Below, in pieces: positions 18,492 to 28,781 of a stretch of DNA of 64,000 bases. The notes beneath the pieces are model-generated. The model was not told where the DNA came from. It worked only from the letters and a program-made list of their open reading frames with translations, and ran no database searches. Made by a program: the position numbers and the translations under genes. The stretch lies in the NCBI GenBank assembly GCA_051954935.1, contig JBQCHG010000082.1:16409-80408 (forward strand), read 5' to 3'. The DNA is from Rhodanobacteraceae bacterium. GTDB lineage: Bacteria > Pseudomonadota > Gammaproteobacteria > Xanthomonadales > Rhodanobacteraceae. The first letter of the stretch is position 1, and every line of letters begins with the position of its first letter.

Positions 18492-19025
18492 TCAACGCTT
18501 TTTCTTTTCGGCGTGCTTGTCGAAGCTGACGATCTCGGCGCCACCGAGCAGGGGCAACTGGCCTTCGCCGGGCAGGTCGCGTTCGAGGCGATCCAGTTCC
18601 TCACGGAAATCCGCCACGTCCTCGAAGGAGCGATATACCGACGCATAGCGCACATAGCCGATGTGGTCGAGCTTGCGCAGTTCGGTCATCACGAATTCGC
18701 CGACGCGGCGCGAGGGCAGTTCGCGCTCGGTGGTCATGCGCAACTGGTGCACCACTGCGCGCACCGCCGCCTCGATCTGTTCCTCGGATACCGGCCGCTT
18801 GTGCAGCGCGCGATCGAAGCCGGTGCGCAACTTGCGGGCGTCGAAGGCTTCGCGGCGGCCGTCGTCCTTGATGATCGCGGGCAGCTTGAGCTCTACCGTT
18901 TCCTGCGTGGAGAACCGCTCGCCGCAAGCCGAACACTCGCGCCGCCGCCGGATGGTGGCGCCGTCGTCGGACACGCGCGAATCGATCACGCGGGTGTCGG
19001 TGTGCTGGCAGAAGGGACAATGCAT
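18492..19025 (-). CDS. nrdR: Transcriptional repressor NrdR
   Basis: Sequence [22 protein letters not shown]...[10 protein letters not shown] is the zinc ribbon. It is followed by an ATP-cone domain. Confidence 0.93.
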   Translation of the reverse strand: MHCPFCQHTDTRVIDSRVSDDGATIRRRRECSACGERFSTQETVELKLPAIIKDDGRREAFDARKLRTGFDRALHKRPVSEEQIEAAVRAVVHQLRMTTERELPSRRVGEFVMTELRKLDHIGYVRYASVYRSFEDVADFREELDRLERDLPGEGQLPLLGGAEIVSFDKHAEKKKR

Positions 19026-19084
19026 TCAAATAGGGCGGACATCAAACCGCCTTCCGTGATGGGTTAAAACCCGCCTAGATGCTA

Positions 19085-20353
19085 TCACCCGTAGACCGGA
19101 AACCTCGCGCACTGCGCATTCACCAGCCCGCGCACGCGCTCGATCACCTTCTCGTCGCTGGGCGCATCCAGCACGTCGCAAATCCAGCTGGCGAGTTCGG
19201 CGCAATCGCTTTCCTTGTAGCCGCGCGTGGTGACGGCCGGCGTACCGATGCGCAGGCCGGAGGTGACGAACGGCTTCTGCGGATCGTTGGGCACCGCGTT
19301 CTTGTTGACGGTGATGTGCGCGCTGCCGAGCGCGGCTTCCGCATCCTTGCCGGTAAGTTTCTTTCCGATCAGGTCAACCAGGAACAGATGGTTCTCGGTG
19401 CCGCCGGAGACGATCTTGTAGCCGCGATCCATCAGTGTCTTCGCCATCGCCTTGGCGTTCTTCACCACCTGCTGCTGGTAGCTCTTGAAGTCCGGTTGCA
19501 GCGCTTCCTTGAACGCGACCGCCTTGGCGGCGATCACGTGCATCAGCGGGCCGCCCTGGATGCCGGGGAACACGATGGACTGCAATTTCTTCTCGATCTC
19601 CTCGGCCTTGTCGCCCATGGCCGAAGCCTTGGCGACGATCAGGCCGCCGCGCGGGCCGCGCAGGGTCTTGTGCGTGGTGGAGGTGACCACGTGCGCGTGC
19701 GGCAGCGGGCTCGGATACACGCCCGCGGCGACCAGGCCCGCCACGTGCGCCATGTCCACGAACAGGTAGGCGCCGACCTTCTCGGCGATCGCGCGGAAGC
19801 GCGCCCAGTCCATCACCTGGCTGTACGCGCTGAAGCCCGCCACCACCATCTTCGGCTTGTGTTCCAGCGCGAGGCGTTCGATCTCGTCGTAGTCCACGAG
19901 TCCCTGATCGTTCACGCCGTACTGCACCGCGTTCAGGATCTTGCCGGACAAGTTGACCTTGGCGCCGTGGGTGAGATGGCCGCCGTGCGCGAGCGACATG
20001 CCGAGGATGGTGTCGCCGGGTTGCAGCAGCGCAAAGTACACGGCTTGATTTGCCTGCGAACCCGAGTGCGGCTGCACGTTGGCATAGTCGCAGTCGAACA
20101 ATTTTTTCAGACGCTCGATCGCGAGGCGTTCGGCGACATCCACGTACTCGCAACCGCCGTAATAGCGCTTGCCCGGATAGCCTTCCGCATACTTGTTGGT
20201 CAGCACCGAACCCTGCGCTTCCAGCACGCGCGGGCTGGCATAGTTCTCCGACGCGATGAGCTCGACGTGGTCCTCCTGACGCTGGCGCTCGTGGCGGATC
20301 GCCTCGGCAAGTTCGTCGTCATAGCCGGCGATACGCATCTCGTGGGAGTACAT
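19085..20353 (-). CDS. glyA: Serine hydroxymethyltransferase
   Basis: Start at [38 protein letters not shown]. The PLP site [14 protein letters not shown] is present. Confidence 0.95.
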   Translation of the reverse strand: MYSHEMRIAGYDDELAEAIRHERQRQEDHVELIASENYASPRVLEAQGSVLTNKYAEGYPGKRYYGGCEYVDVAERLAIERLKKLFDCDYANVQPHSGSQANQAVYFALLQPGDTILGMSLAHGGHLTHGAKVNLSGKILNAVQYGVNDQGLVDYDEIERLALEHKPKMVVAGFSAYSQVMDWARFRAIAEKVGAYLFVDMAHVAGLVAAGVYPSPLPHAHVVTSTTHKTLRGPRGGLIVAKASAMGDKAEEIEKKLQSIVFPGIQGGPLMHVIAAKAVAFKEALQPDFKSYQQQVVKNAKAMAKTLMDRGYKIVSGGTENHLFLVDLIGKKLTGKDAEAALGSAHITVNKNAVPNDPQKPFVTSGLRIGTPAVTTRGYKESDCAELASWICDVLDAPSDEKVIERVRGLVNAQCARFPVYG

Positions 20354-20405
20354 CGCAGTTCTCGCGCAGGTGGGCAAGGACGGAATGGTAGCGGAGCGAG
20401 GGGTG

Positions 20406-21287
20406 TCAGCCCAACTTGGCCCTGCGGCGCAGGCCATTGCGGTAAAGCGCCGACACCATCACATAACTGATGATCAGCAGCAGCAGCCAGGAGCCGATCT
20501 TCGCCGGCGGCACCACATGCCAGACGTGCCGCTGCGCCGGGTAATGCCAGGCCTTGGTGAAAGTACCGAGGTTCTCGGCGAACCAGATGAACATCGCGAC
20601 CAGCGCGAATCCGAGCAGCAGCGGCATGCGGCGGTAACGAAAACGCACGCGATAGTGCACCCAGGTCGGGCCGAAAACCCAGGCTACGGCGATGAAGATT
20701 GCAACACGATAGTCGTGCCCGAAATGGTCCGAAAAGAAGTTGAGGTAGATCGCCAGCGCCAGCAGTGCGGTAAGCGGCCACGGCGGATGTCGGGTGAAAC
20801 GGAATTCGAACAGCCGCCAGGCGCGCGCGATGTAGCTGCCGACCGACGCGTACATGAAACCGGTGAACAGCGGTACGCCCGCGATGTGCAGCAGCGACGG
20901 CCCGGGATATACCCACGATCCGGTCGCCGTCTTGAAGATCTCCATGCCCGTGCCGGTGACGTGGAACAGCACGATCACCGCGGCCTCGCGTTTCGTTTCC
21001 AGCCGCAGGGCAAGCAGCGTGATCTGAATCGCGATCGCGCCCAGGGTGACGAAGTCGTAGCGCGCCAGCGATGCCTGCGGTGGCCAGAACATCCAGGTGA
21101 CGATGAGCAGCGTGAGCATCAGCGCGCCGAACAGGCACGCCCGTGCCTGCTTGACGCCGAACCACAGCAACTCGTGGACGAAGACCGCGAGCCGGCCGCT
21201 CTTCGCTGCCCACACGCCGAGCCAGCGATCCCAGCGCCGCCAGGTTCGCCAGCGTGACGCGCGCGCGGCAATCGGGACGGTATTCAT
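20406..21287 (-). CDS. Polytopic inner-membrane protein, DUF817-like
   Basis: Roughly 8 hydrophobic segments. Sequence [23 protein letters not shown] resembles the DUF817 N-terminal signature as I remember it. No functional motif was found. Confidence 0.5.
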   Translation of the reverse strand: MNTVPIAARASRWRTWRRWDRWLGVWAAKSGRLAVFVHELLWFGVKQARACLFGALMLTLLIVTWMFWPPQASLARYDFVTLGAIAIQITLLALRLETKREAAVIVLFHVTGTGMEIFKTATGSWVYPGPSLLHIAGVPLFTGFMYASVGSYIARAWRLFEFRFTRHPPWPLTALLALAIYLNFFSDHFGHDYRVAIFIAVAWVFGPTWVHYRVRFRYRRMPLLLGFALVAMFIWFAENLGTFTKAWHYPAQRHVWHVVPPAKIGSWLLLLIISYVMVSALYRNGLRRRAKLG

Positions 21288-21420
21288 TCCATGGCGCTCC
21301 CCTCACCTGTCCACACTTTCGCCGGTTGATGAGGCGGCGCGCTTGCGCGGATCGGGCGAATCCGGGGCGGTGGCTGGCAAGAAGGCCCATGTGCCGCGAT
21401 AATGCAGGGTTTAGCTCAAC

Positions 21421-21445
21421 GGTCGCGCGCAGGCGCGCTCCTACA
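21421..21445. repeat. GTAG-type REP, single copy
   Basis: GGTCGCGCGCAGGCGCGCTCCTACA is the reverse complement of the TGTAGGAGCGCGCCTGCGCGCGAC unit seen at 40781 and 40856. It lies in the ettA 5' region. Confidence 0.7.
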
Positions 21446-21479
21446 ACGTCGGCCGTCCGGCCGGCGCAGGAAACTTCCC

Positions 21480-23141
<1,662 letters not shown>

Positions 23142-23144
23142 AAC

Positions 23145-23183
23145 CTCTGAATGAGCTGCTGCGCTCGGCCGCTTTGATCAGAG
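23145..23183. repeat. Short (39-nt) form of the CTCTGAA...TCAGAG repeat
   Basis: CTCTGAATGAGCTGCTGCGCTCGGCCGCTTTGATCAGAG. It starts 4 nt after the ettA stop, and its right end contains the stop codon of the convergent small gene. Confidence 0.75.
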
Positions 23184-23465
23184 CTGCGAGAAAATCTCCC
23201 GCATCGCCGAATCATTGCGCTTGTAGTTCGGCCCGGGCTTGCCGAAGCGTTCGTCGAGCAGTTCCAGGCCGCTGATCTTCGACACGTCGAACAGCGGCTC
23301 GGCTTGTGGTCCGCCCTCGATCTGATGCGCGCGCAACAGTTCGGTGCCGCGATGGCCGATGCCATGGCACTGCGGCTCTACGAGGCGCGCGGTGCCGTGA
23401 TAGACGAAGCGCAGCCGACGCTTCTCGCGGATGGCGCGATCAATCGCATTCATTCCGCCGATCAT
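23178..23465 (-). CDS. Small hypothetical protein with WYL-like beta-barrel sequence pattern
   Basis: Sequence is RLRFVYHGTARLVEPQCHGIGHRGTELLRAHQIEGG...LFDVSKISGLELLDERF. This follows the WYL-domain pattern (xFxYxG..RxVEP...hhxAxQ...R/LFxhxKI..hxhh.ExF) but lacks the W-Y-L triad. An alternative start is ATG 23453. Confidence 0.45.
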   Translation of the reverse strand: MIGGMNAIDRAIREKRRLRFVYHGTARLVEPQCHGIGHRGTELLRAHQIEGGPQAEPLFDVSKISGLELLDERFGKPGPNYKRNDSAMREIFSQL

Positions 23466-23492
23466 CCGCCCCGCGACTTGATCGCACCGTGA

Positions 23493-24251
23493 TCAGCGTG
23501 GCTGGAACGCGCGCACCTCGCCGTCATCCCGCAACGTAAACGGATTGAAGTCGGTGTGCGGATCGTAAGTGTCGGCGTTCTCGCGGCGCTTCAGGAAGCC
23601 GACCACCGCGTAGGTCAACGGCGTGGCCACCGTTTCCACCAGCACCTTCATGATCCAGTTGAACAGGATCACCTTCACGATCGTCTGGCCTTCCCAGATC
23701 CCCACGAAGGCGATCGGATAAAACGTCAGGCTGTCCACGCCTTCGCCGACGATGGTGGAGCCGATGGTACGCGTCCACAGCCAGCGGCCGCGCGTCCAGA
23801 GTTTCATCTTCGCCATCACGAAAGCATTGGCGAAATCGCCGACCCAGAAGCCGACCAGTGAAGCGAGCGCGATGCGCCAGGTGCTGCCGAACACGATCTC
23901 CAGCGCAGGCTGCAGCTTTGCGTCGAACGGCTCGGCCGGGCTGACCGGCATGTTGATGATCGCCTGCGTCATCACGCTCGCGAACACCAGCGCACCGAAA
24001 CCTGCCCAGGTCGCGCGGCGCGCGCGCGCATAGCCGTACACCTCCGTCAGCACATCGTCGAAGATGTAACTGATCGGGAAGAACAGGTTGCCAGCGCCGA
24101 AGGTGAGCGCGCCGATCAGCGGCAGCGTGATCGTGCAGACCTTGGCCGGCCCGATAAGGTTGGAGCACAGCAGCACGCCGACCATGCCGCCGACCAGCAG
24201 GTCGTAGTAACGGAATCCGCGGCGCGGTGCGCCTTCGATGCTTGCGCTCAT
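23493..24251 (-). CDS. yhhQ: Queuosine precursor transporter (YhhQ / VUT family)
   Basis: Six-TM protein with NLFFPISYIFDDVLTEVYGY and TIVGEGVDSLTFYPIAF signatures. Confidence 0.8.
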   Translation of the reverse strand: MSASIEGAPRRGFRYYDLLVGGMVGVLLCSNLIGPAKVCTITLPLIGALTFGAGNLFFPISYIFDDVLTEVYGYARARRATWAGFGALVFASVMTQAIINMPVSPAEPFDAKLQPALEIVFGSTWRIALASLVGFWVGDFANAFVMAKMKLWTRGRWLWTRTIGSTIVGEGVDSLTFYPIAFVGIWEGQTIVKVILFNWIMKVLVETVATPLTYAVVGFLKRRENADTYDPHTDFNPFTLRDDGEVRAFQPR

Positions 24252-24330
24252 TCAGTCCCCCGATCACACCTCTTGCCCGCGACTTTATCGCATCACTTAG
24301 ATCAAGCGCTTCATTGCACGCGGAAGGGTG

Positions 24331-25251
24331 TCAAAATGGATCCCCGCTTTCGCGGAAAAGGCGGCTTTCCGGCTTCTTCCGTGCCCGCAGCGCAAGCAGC
24401 GGCACCGTCAGGGCGAAATGCAGCCAGATGCCGCACCAGACCGCCGCGCGCGTGAATGGATTGCGCGCGGCCGGATCGAACTTCGAAAACCAGCGCCACA
24501 TCCCTCGGTGCTTGTGGCGCGAGACGAACACCGGACGGTGCCGGCTGGACCCGCCCTTGCCATGCAGCACGCGCACGTGGCCGGCCAGCAGCACCTTGAA
24601 TCCGGCATCGCGCGCGCGCCGGCACAAATCCAGGTCTTCGCAATGCAGGAAATAATCCTCATCGAAGCCTTCGAGCTTTTCGAACACCACGCGAGGAACC
24701 AGCATCAGCGCACCCGACACGTTCTCGACTTCGATCGTCGCATCCGGCATCGGCCCCGGCACGTTGATGCCGGCGTATTTCGAATTTCCGCCTTCGCGCC
24801 TGGCGAGGCCGCTCAACGTCATCAGCGAACGCCGCAGCAATGGATCGCGGCGATACGACGCCGGATCGGGCATTCCGTCCGCATCGCACACCACCGCGCC
24901 GATCACGCCGGCGTGCGGGTGCGTGCGCAGCACGTCCAGCAGTTTCGCGAGCGTATCCGGCCCAAGCAGGCAATCGGGATTCAGGATCAGCAGCGCGTTT
25001 GCGTTCGCCAGCTTCGCGCCGCGATTCATGGCGGGACCAAAACCGAGGTTCTTGTCTTTGAACAGCACGCGTACGCGAGGATCGTTCGCGTACTCGCGCG
25101 CAAGCGCCTGCGGCACGCTATCGCGGGACGCGTTGTCAACGATGACGACCTCGACCGGAACCGAAGGACTCAGCGCGCGCGTCACGCACTCGCGCAAGCA
25201 CGCGCCGCTGTCGGCGGAGACGATCAGGACGGAAACGGCAGGTGGGTGCAT
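24331..25251 (-). CDS. Family 2 glycosyltransferase
   Basis: Sequence VSVLIVSADSG...VVIVDNASRD...NLGFGPAMNRG...ILNPDCLL...GALMLV...FDEDYFLHCEDLDLC shows GT-A fold DxD-type motifs. It lies 38 nt downstream of gspD on the same strand. Confidence 0.85.
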   Translation of the reverse strand: MHPPAVSVLIVSADSGACLRECVTRALSPSVPVEVVIVDNASRDSVPQALAREYANDPRVRVLFKDKNLGFGPAMNRGAKLANANALLILNPDCLLGPDTLAKLLDVLRTHPHAGVIGAVVCDADGMPDPASYRRDPLLRRSLMTLSGLARREGGNSKYAGINVPGPMPDATIEVENVSGALMLVPRVVFEKLEGFDEDYFLHCEDLDLCRRARDAGFKVLLAGHVRVLHGKGGSSRHRPVFVSRHKHRGMWRWFSKFDPAARNPFTRAAVWCGIWLHFALTVPLLALRARKKPESRLFRESGDPF

Positions 25252-25288
25252 GCGCGAAGTCTAAGTGCGCCCGCCGTCCTCCGCCGCA

Positions 25289-27952
25289 TCAATCGGATTG
25301 CATGACGGCCATTCCCTGCATTTTCGTGCGCTCCTGAATCTTCGCACGAAGCGCTTCGGCATCCGAACGCGTTGCGACCGGACCGGCGAACACGTCCCAC
25401 GACATGCCGCTGCCGGATTGCGCGCTGACCACGTAGCTCTCGAACCCGAGTTGCTGCAGGTGTCCGCGCTCTGCTTCGGCGAGGCTCCGCGAAGGGTAAG
25501 CCGCAATCCGCACCGCCCATTCGCCAGGATGCGCGACCGGCAAGGAAGCTCCGCTCGGAAGCGGCTCCACGGTTTGAGCCGGAGCCGGCGTAACCGGCGA
25601 GGTCACGACCGGCTGCGCTTCAGCGGGGATGCCAGCCTGCGGCGCGCCGGCCGGCATGCGTTCGTAGTTGCCTGCGCGCCGCAATATCGGCCTCAACGAC
25701 TCGAACTTGGTCTGGTACTCGTCGGTGATGTCGCGGGCCTCTTCGGCATTGCCGATCACGCGCGGGGTGATCAGGACGATCAGCTCCGTACGGTTGTGGT
25801 CGCGGCTGGTGGTGCCGAACAAGCGGCCGAGCACCGGAATGCGGTTGAGGAACGGCACGCCATTGTCGTTGTTGATGTCGCTCTGCTGGATCAGGCCGCC
25901 CAGCAGCACGGTCTGGCCGCTCTGCACCGCTACCTGCGTGGCCAGCGCGCGATTGGCGATGGTGTAGTTCCCGTACTGATCGCGCGCAGTTGGCTTGCTG
26001 ACCACCTGCTGGATGTTGAGATACACCAGTCCGCCCGGATTGACGCGCGGGGTGACATCCAGCAGCACACCGGTGTCTATGTACTGCACCGAGCCGACGT
26101 TGTAGCCGTTGTTGGTGTTGCCGGTATTGCCCACCCCGTACCCCGGCGCGAAATAGGTCTGCACCACCGGGATCTTGTCGCCGACCTTGATCGTGGTCTC
26201 GTGGTTGTTGAGCACCACCGTCGAGGGCTCGGAGAGGATCTTGGTGTTGCCGCTTTCCTCCAGCCCGCGCAGCGCGAATTGCAGATTCTTGCCGGCGAAC
26301 GAGTAGAACAGCGCATCGCTGACCGGGTTGTATTGCACGCCGCCGAGTCCCGCAGCACCTTGGTGCCGATGGAAGGATTCGTTGGTACCCGGCGGCGAAC
26401 CGGGCTGGGTGCCGATCAGGCCCTCGAGATAATACTGGACGCCCAGCGAGAACTGGCCCGTGAGGTCCACTTCCATCACGCGCGTCTCGATCTGCACCTG
26501 CAGCGGCACCTGGTCCAGCCGCTGGATCACCGGCAGCATTTCCTGCCACTGCGAAGGCCGCGCGCGCACCAGCAACTGATTGTTCTCGTCCACCGCCGCG
26601 ATGCGCACGCCGCTCTCGGTGGTGTAGCTGGTGGTGCGATTGCCGTTGTTGTTGCCTGTGCCACGCCGGGCCGGCAGCCCGCTTTCCAGGCTTCCGCCGA
26701 GCCCGCTCTGGTCGGAGCCCATTCCGTTGTCGCCACCGGTGGTGTAATCCTTGCCGCCGGTGTTGCCGCCGTTGTCGCCGAGTCCGCCGAAGCCGTTGTT
26801 GGCAATCCCGCTGGTGCCACCCAGGCCATTGCTGCCCTGCTCCAGCGGGCTGAACCCGGGCGCGACCTGGCCGCCCTGGTTGGCGTTGCCGCTGGGCGTG
26901 CCGTTGTAGAGCGCGTTCAGATGCTCGGCAAGATCGGACGCCTTGATGTTCTTGACATCGTAGACGTAAAGGCCGTTGGTGCCGCCCGCGCCGGCATCGA
27001 TCTTGGCAATGAACTCGCGCACCTCGTCCACGTAGGTCGGCTGCGAGGTGATCACCACGATGCTGTTGCTGTGCTCCAGCGGAATGAACCGCGCCATCCC
27101 CGCCATCGGCGAATCGCTCTTGGCGCCGAACATCTGGTCCAGTTGCGTCATGAGCGTGTTCGCTTCCACGTGCTGCAACGGAACCACCGCCACCGACATG
27201 CCGCGCAGCCAGTCCACGTCGAAGGTGCGGATGGTGCGTTGGTAATTGGCGAGCTGCTCGGGCGTGCCCGCCATGACCAGGATGTTGCGTTGCGGGTCCA
27301 CCAGCAGGAAGGCGTCGGCGGGGGCGAACGGCTTCAGCAGTTTCTGCATCGCGTCCGCGGAAACGTAATGCAAAGGGAACAGCCGCGCCGCATAGCCCAG
27401 CCCCGGCGCCGCCGCGCCCAGGCCCGGCGCGAGATTGCCCGCGACCGCCTGCTTGGCCGGCATCACCACGTAACGGCCGCCCTGCTTCACCAGCGCGTTG
27501 TTGGTCCACGACAGCAGCATTTCGAGGACGGGCAACACTTCCTCGCGCGTGATCGGTTGCGAGGTGGAAAAGGTGATCGTGCCCTGCACGCCCGGCGCGA
27601 TCACGTAATTGGCGTGCAGCACGTCGCCAAGGATCGCCTTCACCGCGGCCTGGATCGGCTGGTTCTCGAAATTGAAGACGATCTGGCCGTTCTCGTTGTG
27701 GCGACCGCCGCCCGGTGGCGCCGCGCGCGCGGCCTGTTCGTTGATGAAGCTGCCGGTGCCAATGGTGGTGGTCGCCTGCGGCGCGGACTGCACCAAGGGC
27801 TGGAACTGTGTCTCGCTCACGGGCGGTGGCGGCGGCGCCTGGGTGCCCGCGATCGCCTCGCGCTCCAGCGCGTGATTGTCGGGGCGCGTGTTCGGGGCGC
27901 AGCCCGCGAGCAACGCGACACTCAGCACGACCATCAAGGTCACCAGTTTCAT
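25289..27952 (-). CDS. gspD: Type II secretion system secretin GspD (XpsD-like lipoprotein) with C-terminal SPOR-like domain
   Basis: Start at ATG 27952, with GGAGG 6 nt upstream and a lipobox LLAGC. N0-N3 domains start at IVFNFENQPIQAAVKAILGD. The secretin core is VPFLNRIPVLGRLFG...ELIVLITPRVI. The last ~78 aa are EWAVRIAAYPSRSLAEAERGHLQQLGFESYVV...WDVFAGPVATRSDAEALRAKIQ. The track ORF extends further upstream in the same frame but is not used. Confidence 0.9.
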   Translation of the reverse strand: MKLVTLMVVLSVALLAGCAPNTRPDNHALEREAIAGTQAPPPPPVSETQFQPLVQSAPQATTTIGTGSFINEQAARAAPPGGGRHNENGQIVFNFENQPIQAAVKAILGDVLHANYVIAPGVQGTITFSTSQPITREEVLPVLEMLLSWTNNALVKQGGRYVVMPAKQAVAGNLAPGLGAAAPGLGYAARLFPLHYVSADAMQKLLKPFAPADAFLLVDPQRNILVMAGTPEQLANYQRTIRTFDVDWLRGMSVAVVPLQHVEANTLMTQLDQMFGAKSDSPMAGMARFIPLEHSNSIVVITSQPTYVDEVREFIAKIDAGAGGTNGLYVYDVKNIKASDLAEHLNALYNGTPSGNANQGGQVAPGFSPLEQGSNGLGGTSGIANNGFGGLGDNGGNTGGKDYTTGGDNGMGSDQSGLGGSLESGLPARRGTGNNNGNRTTSYTTESGVRIAAVDENNQLLVRARPSQWQEMLPVIQRLDQVPLQVQIETRVMEVDLTGQFSLGVQYYLEGLIGTQPGSPPGTNESFHRHQGAAGLGGVQYNPVSDALFYSFAGKNLQFALRGLEESGNTKILSEPSTVVLNNHETTIKVGDKIPVVQTYFAPGYGVGNTGNTNNGYNVGSVQYIDTGVLLDVTPRVNPGGLVYLNIQQVVSKPTARDQYGNYTIANRALATQVAVQSGQTVLLGGLIQQSDINNDNGVPFLNRIPVLGRLFGTTSRDHNRTELIVLITPRVIGNAEEARDITDEYQTKFESLRPILRRAGNYERMPAGAPQAGIPAEAQPVVTSPVTPAPAQTVEPLPSGASLPVAHPGEWAVRIAAYPSRSLAEAERGHLQQLGFESYVVSAQSGSGMSWDVFAGPVATRSDAEALRAKIQERTKMQGMAVMQSD

Positions 27953-27953
27953 G

Positions 27954-28781
27954 TCAGCCTCCATTGTTCTGCTTGTTCGCGTCCTGCTTCTGTGCGGCCT
28001 TTTTGCGACGTTGTTCGATGCGCGCCTTGAGTGCCCGGGCCCACGCGTCGGCAGCTTCCTTGTCGGTGAGGCTCGACGATTGCGCGGGCGTGGACGGCGG
28101 CGCCTGAGGTTGTGCAGCGCCCGTCTGCCCGGATTGTTGCTGCGCGCCTGCAGCAGGCGCGCCATTCTGCTGGGGCGTGGCTTGCTGCTGTTCCGAAGAC
28201 GACGCTGGCAGCGGCACCGGTGCTGCATTCTCGCCGGGCTGTGGCGCCTCCATCGCGGGTTGCGGAGGTGGCGGCGCACCATTGCCGCCCGTCCCGCTGC
28301 TGGGCGGCGGCGGGCCCACCTTCAGCGGCAATTCGGTACGCGAGCCGTTGATCTCCACCACCGCGCTGCGCGGCTTGACCTCCACCACCGTCGCGCCATT
28401 CGCACTCTGGCCTTCGCGCACGCGCAAGGTGCGGTTGCTGTTCTTCTCGCGCAGCAGCGCCATATGCAGGCCGGGCAGCATGATCACGCCGGTCAATTCG
28501 AGATCGCCGGTATTCGCGTTGTTGTTGGTGGCAGGCGCTGCGATCGGCTTGCGATCCGGGCTGAACAGCGGGCGCTCCCAGACGCTCGCGAAGTTCTCCA
28601 GCGGCGGCACGCTCGGCGGCGGCGTGGCCGCACGCGCGGGTGGCAATGGCGGCGGCGAGGCGTTGTCATGCCAGTGCGCGCCCCGGCCCACGCCCGCCCA
28701 CAACGCGATCAGCACCGCGACCAGCGCCACGGCCAGAATGCCGAGTGCGGGCGTGAGGCGGCGGCGATCGGCGGCATTCAT
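27954..28781 (-). CDS. gspN: T2SS protein N (XpsN; GspC-like HR domain protein)
   Basis: N-terminal TM segment LGILAVALVAVLIALWA, then ERPLFSPDRKP followed by a PilP/GspC-HR-like segment LELTGVIMLPGLHMALL...VREGQ...VVEVKPRSAVVEINGSRTELPL. The tail is Pro/Gln-rich and Lys-rich. It sits between gspM and gspD, as in Xanthomonas xps. Confidence 0.7.
   Translation of the reverse strand: MNAADRRRLTPALGILAVALVAVLIALWAGVGRGAHWHDNASPPPLPPARAATPPPSVPPLENFASVWERPLFSPDRKPIAAPATNNNANTGDLELTGVIMLPGLHMALLREKNSNRTLRVREGQSANGATVVEVKPRSAVVEINGSRTELPLKVGPPPPSSGTGGNGAPPPPQPAMEAPQPGENAAPVPLPASSSEQQQATPQQNGAPAAGAQQQSGQTGAAQPQAPPSTPAQSSSLTDKEAADAWARALKARIEQRRKKAAQKQDANKQNNGG

Noticed and set aside
20354-20405. Possible ZTP/glycine-type riboswitch upstream of glyA
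   Set aside because: Only 52 nt separate glyA from the upstream DUF817-like gene, and no conserved riboswitch blocks are visible. The region upstream of the DUF817-like gene (21288-21420) also lacks the pfl/ZTP consensus.
25265-28030. 921-aa plus-strand ORF, and similar very long ORFs antisense or out of frame to annotated genes (e.g. 19079-20470 +, 34688-36421 +, 48124-49914 -, 55198-57354 -, 59314-61710 +, 10408-11457 -)
   Set aside because: They are typical high-GC stop-codon-poor artefacts. Their translations are Arg/Ala/Gly/His-rich low-information sequences with no motifs. The opposite strand or another frame encodes unmistakable conserved proteins (GspD, GlyA, GspE, LptF/G, PurL, GGDEF-EAL, GlcD-like).
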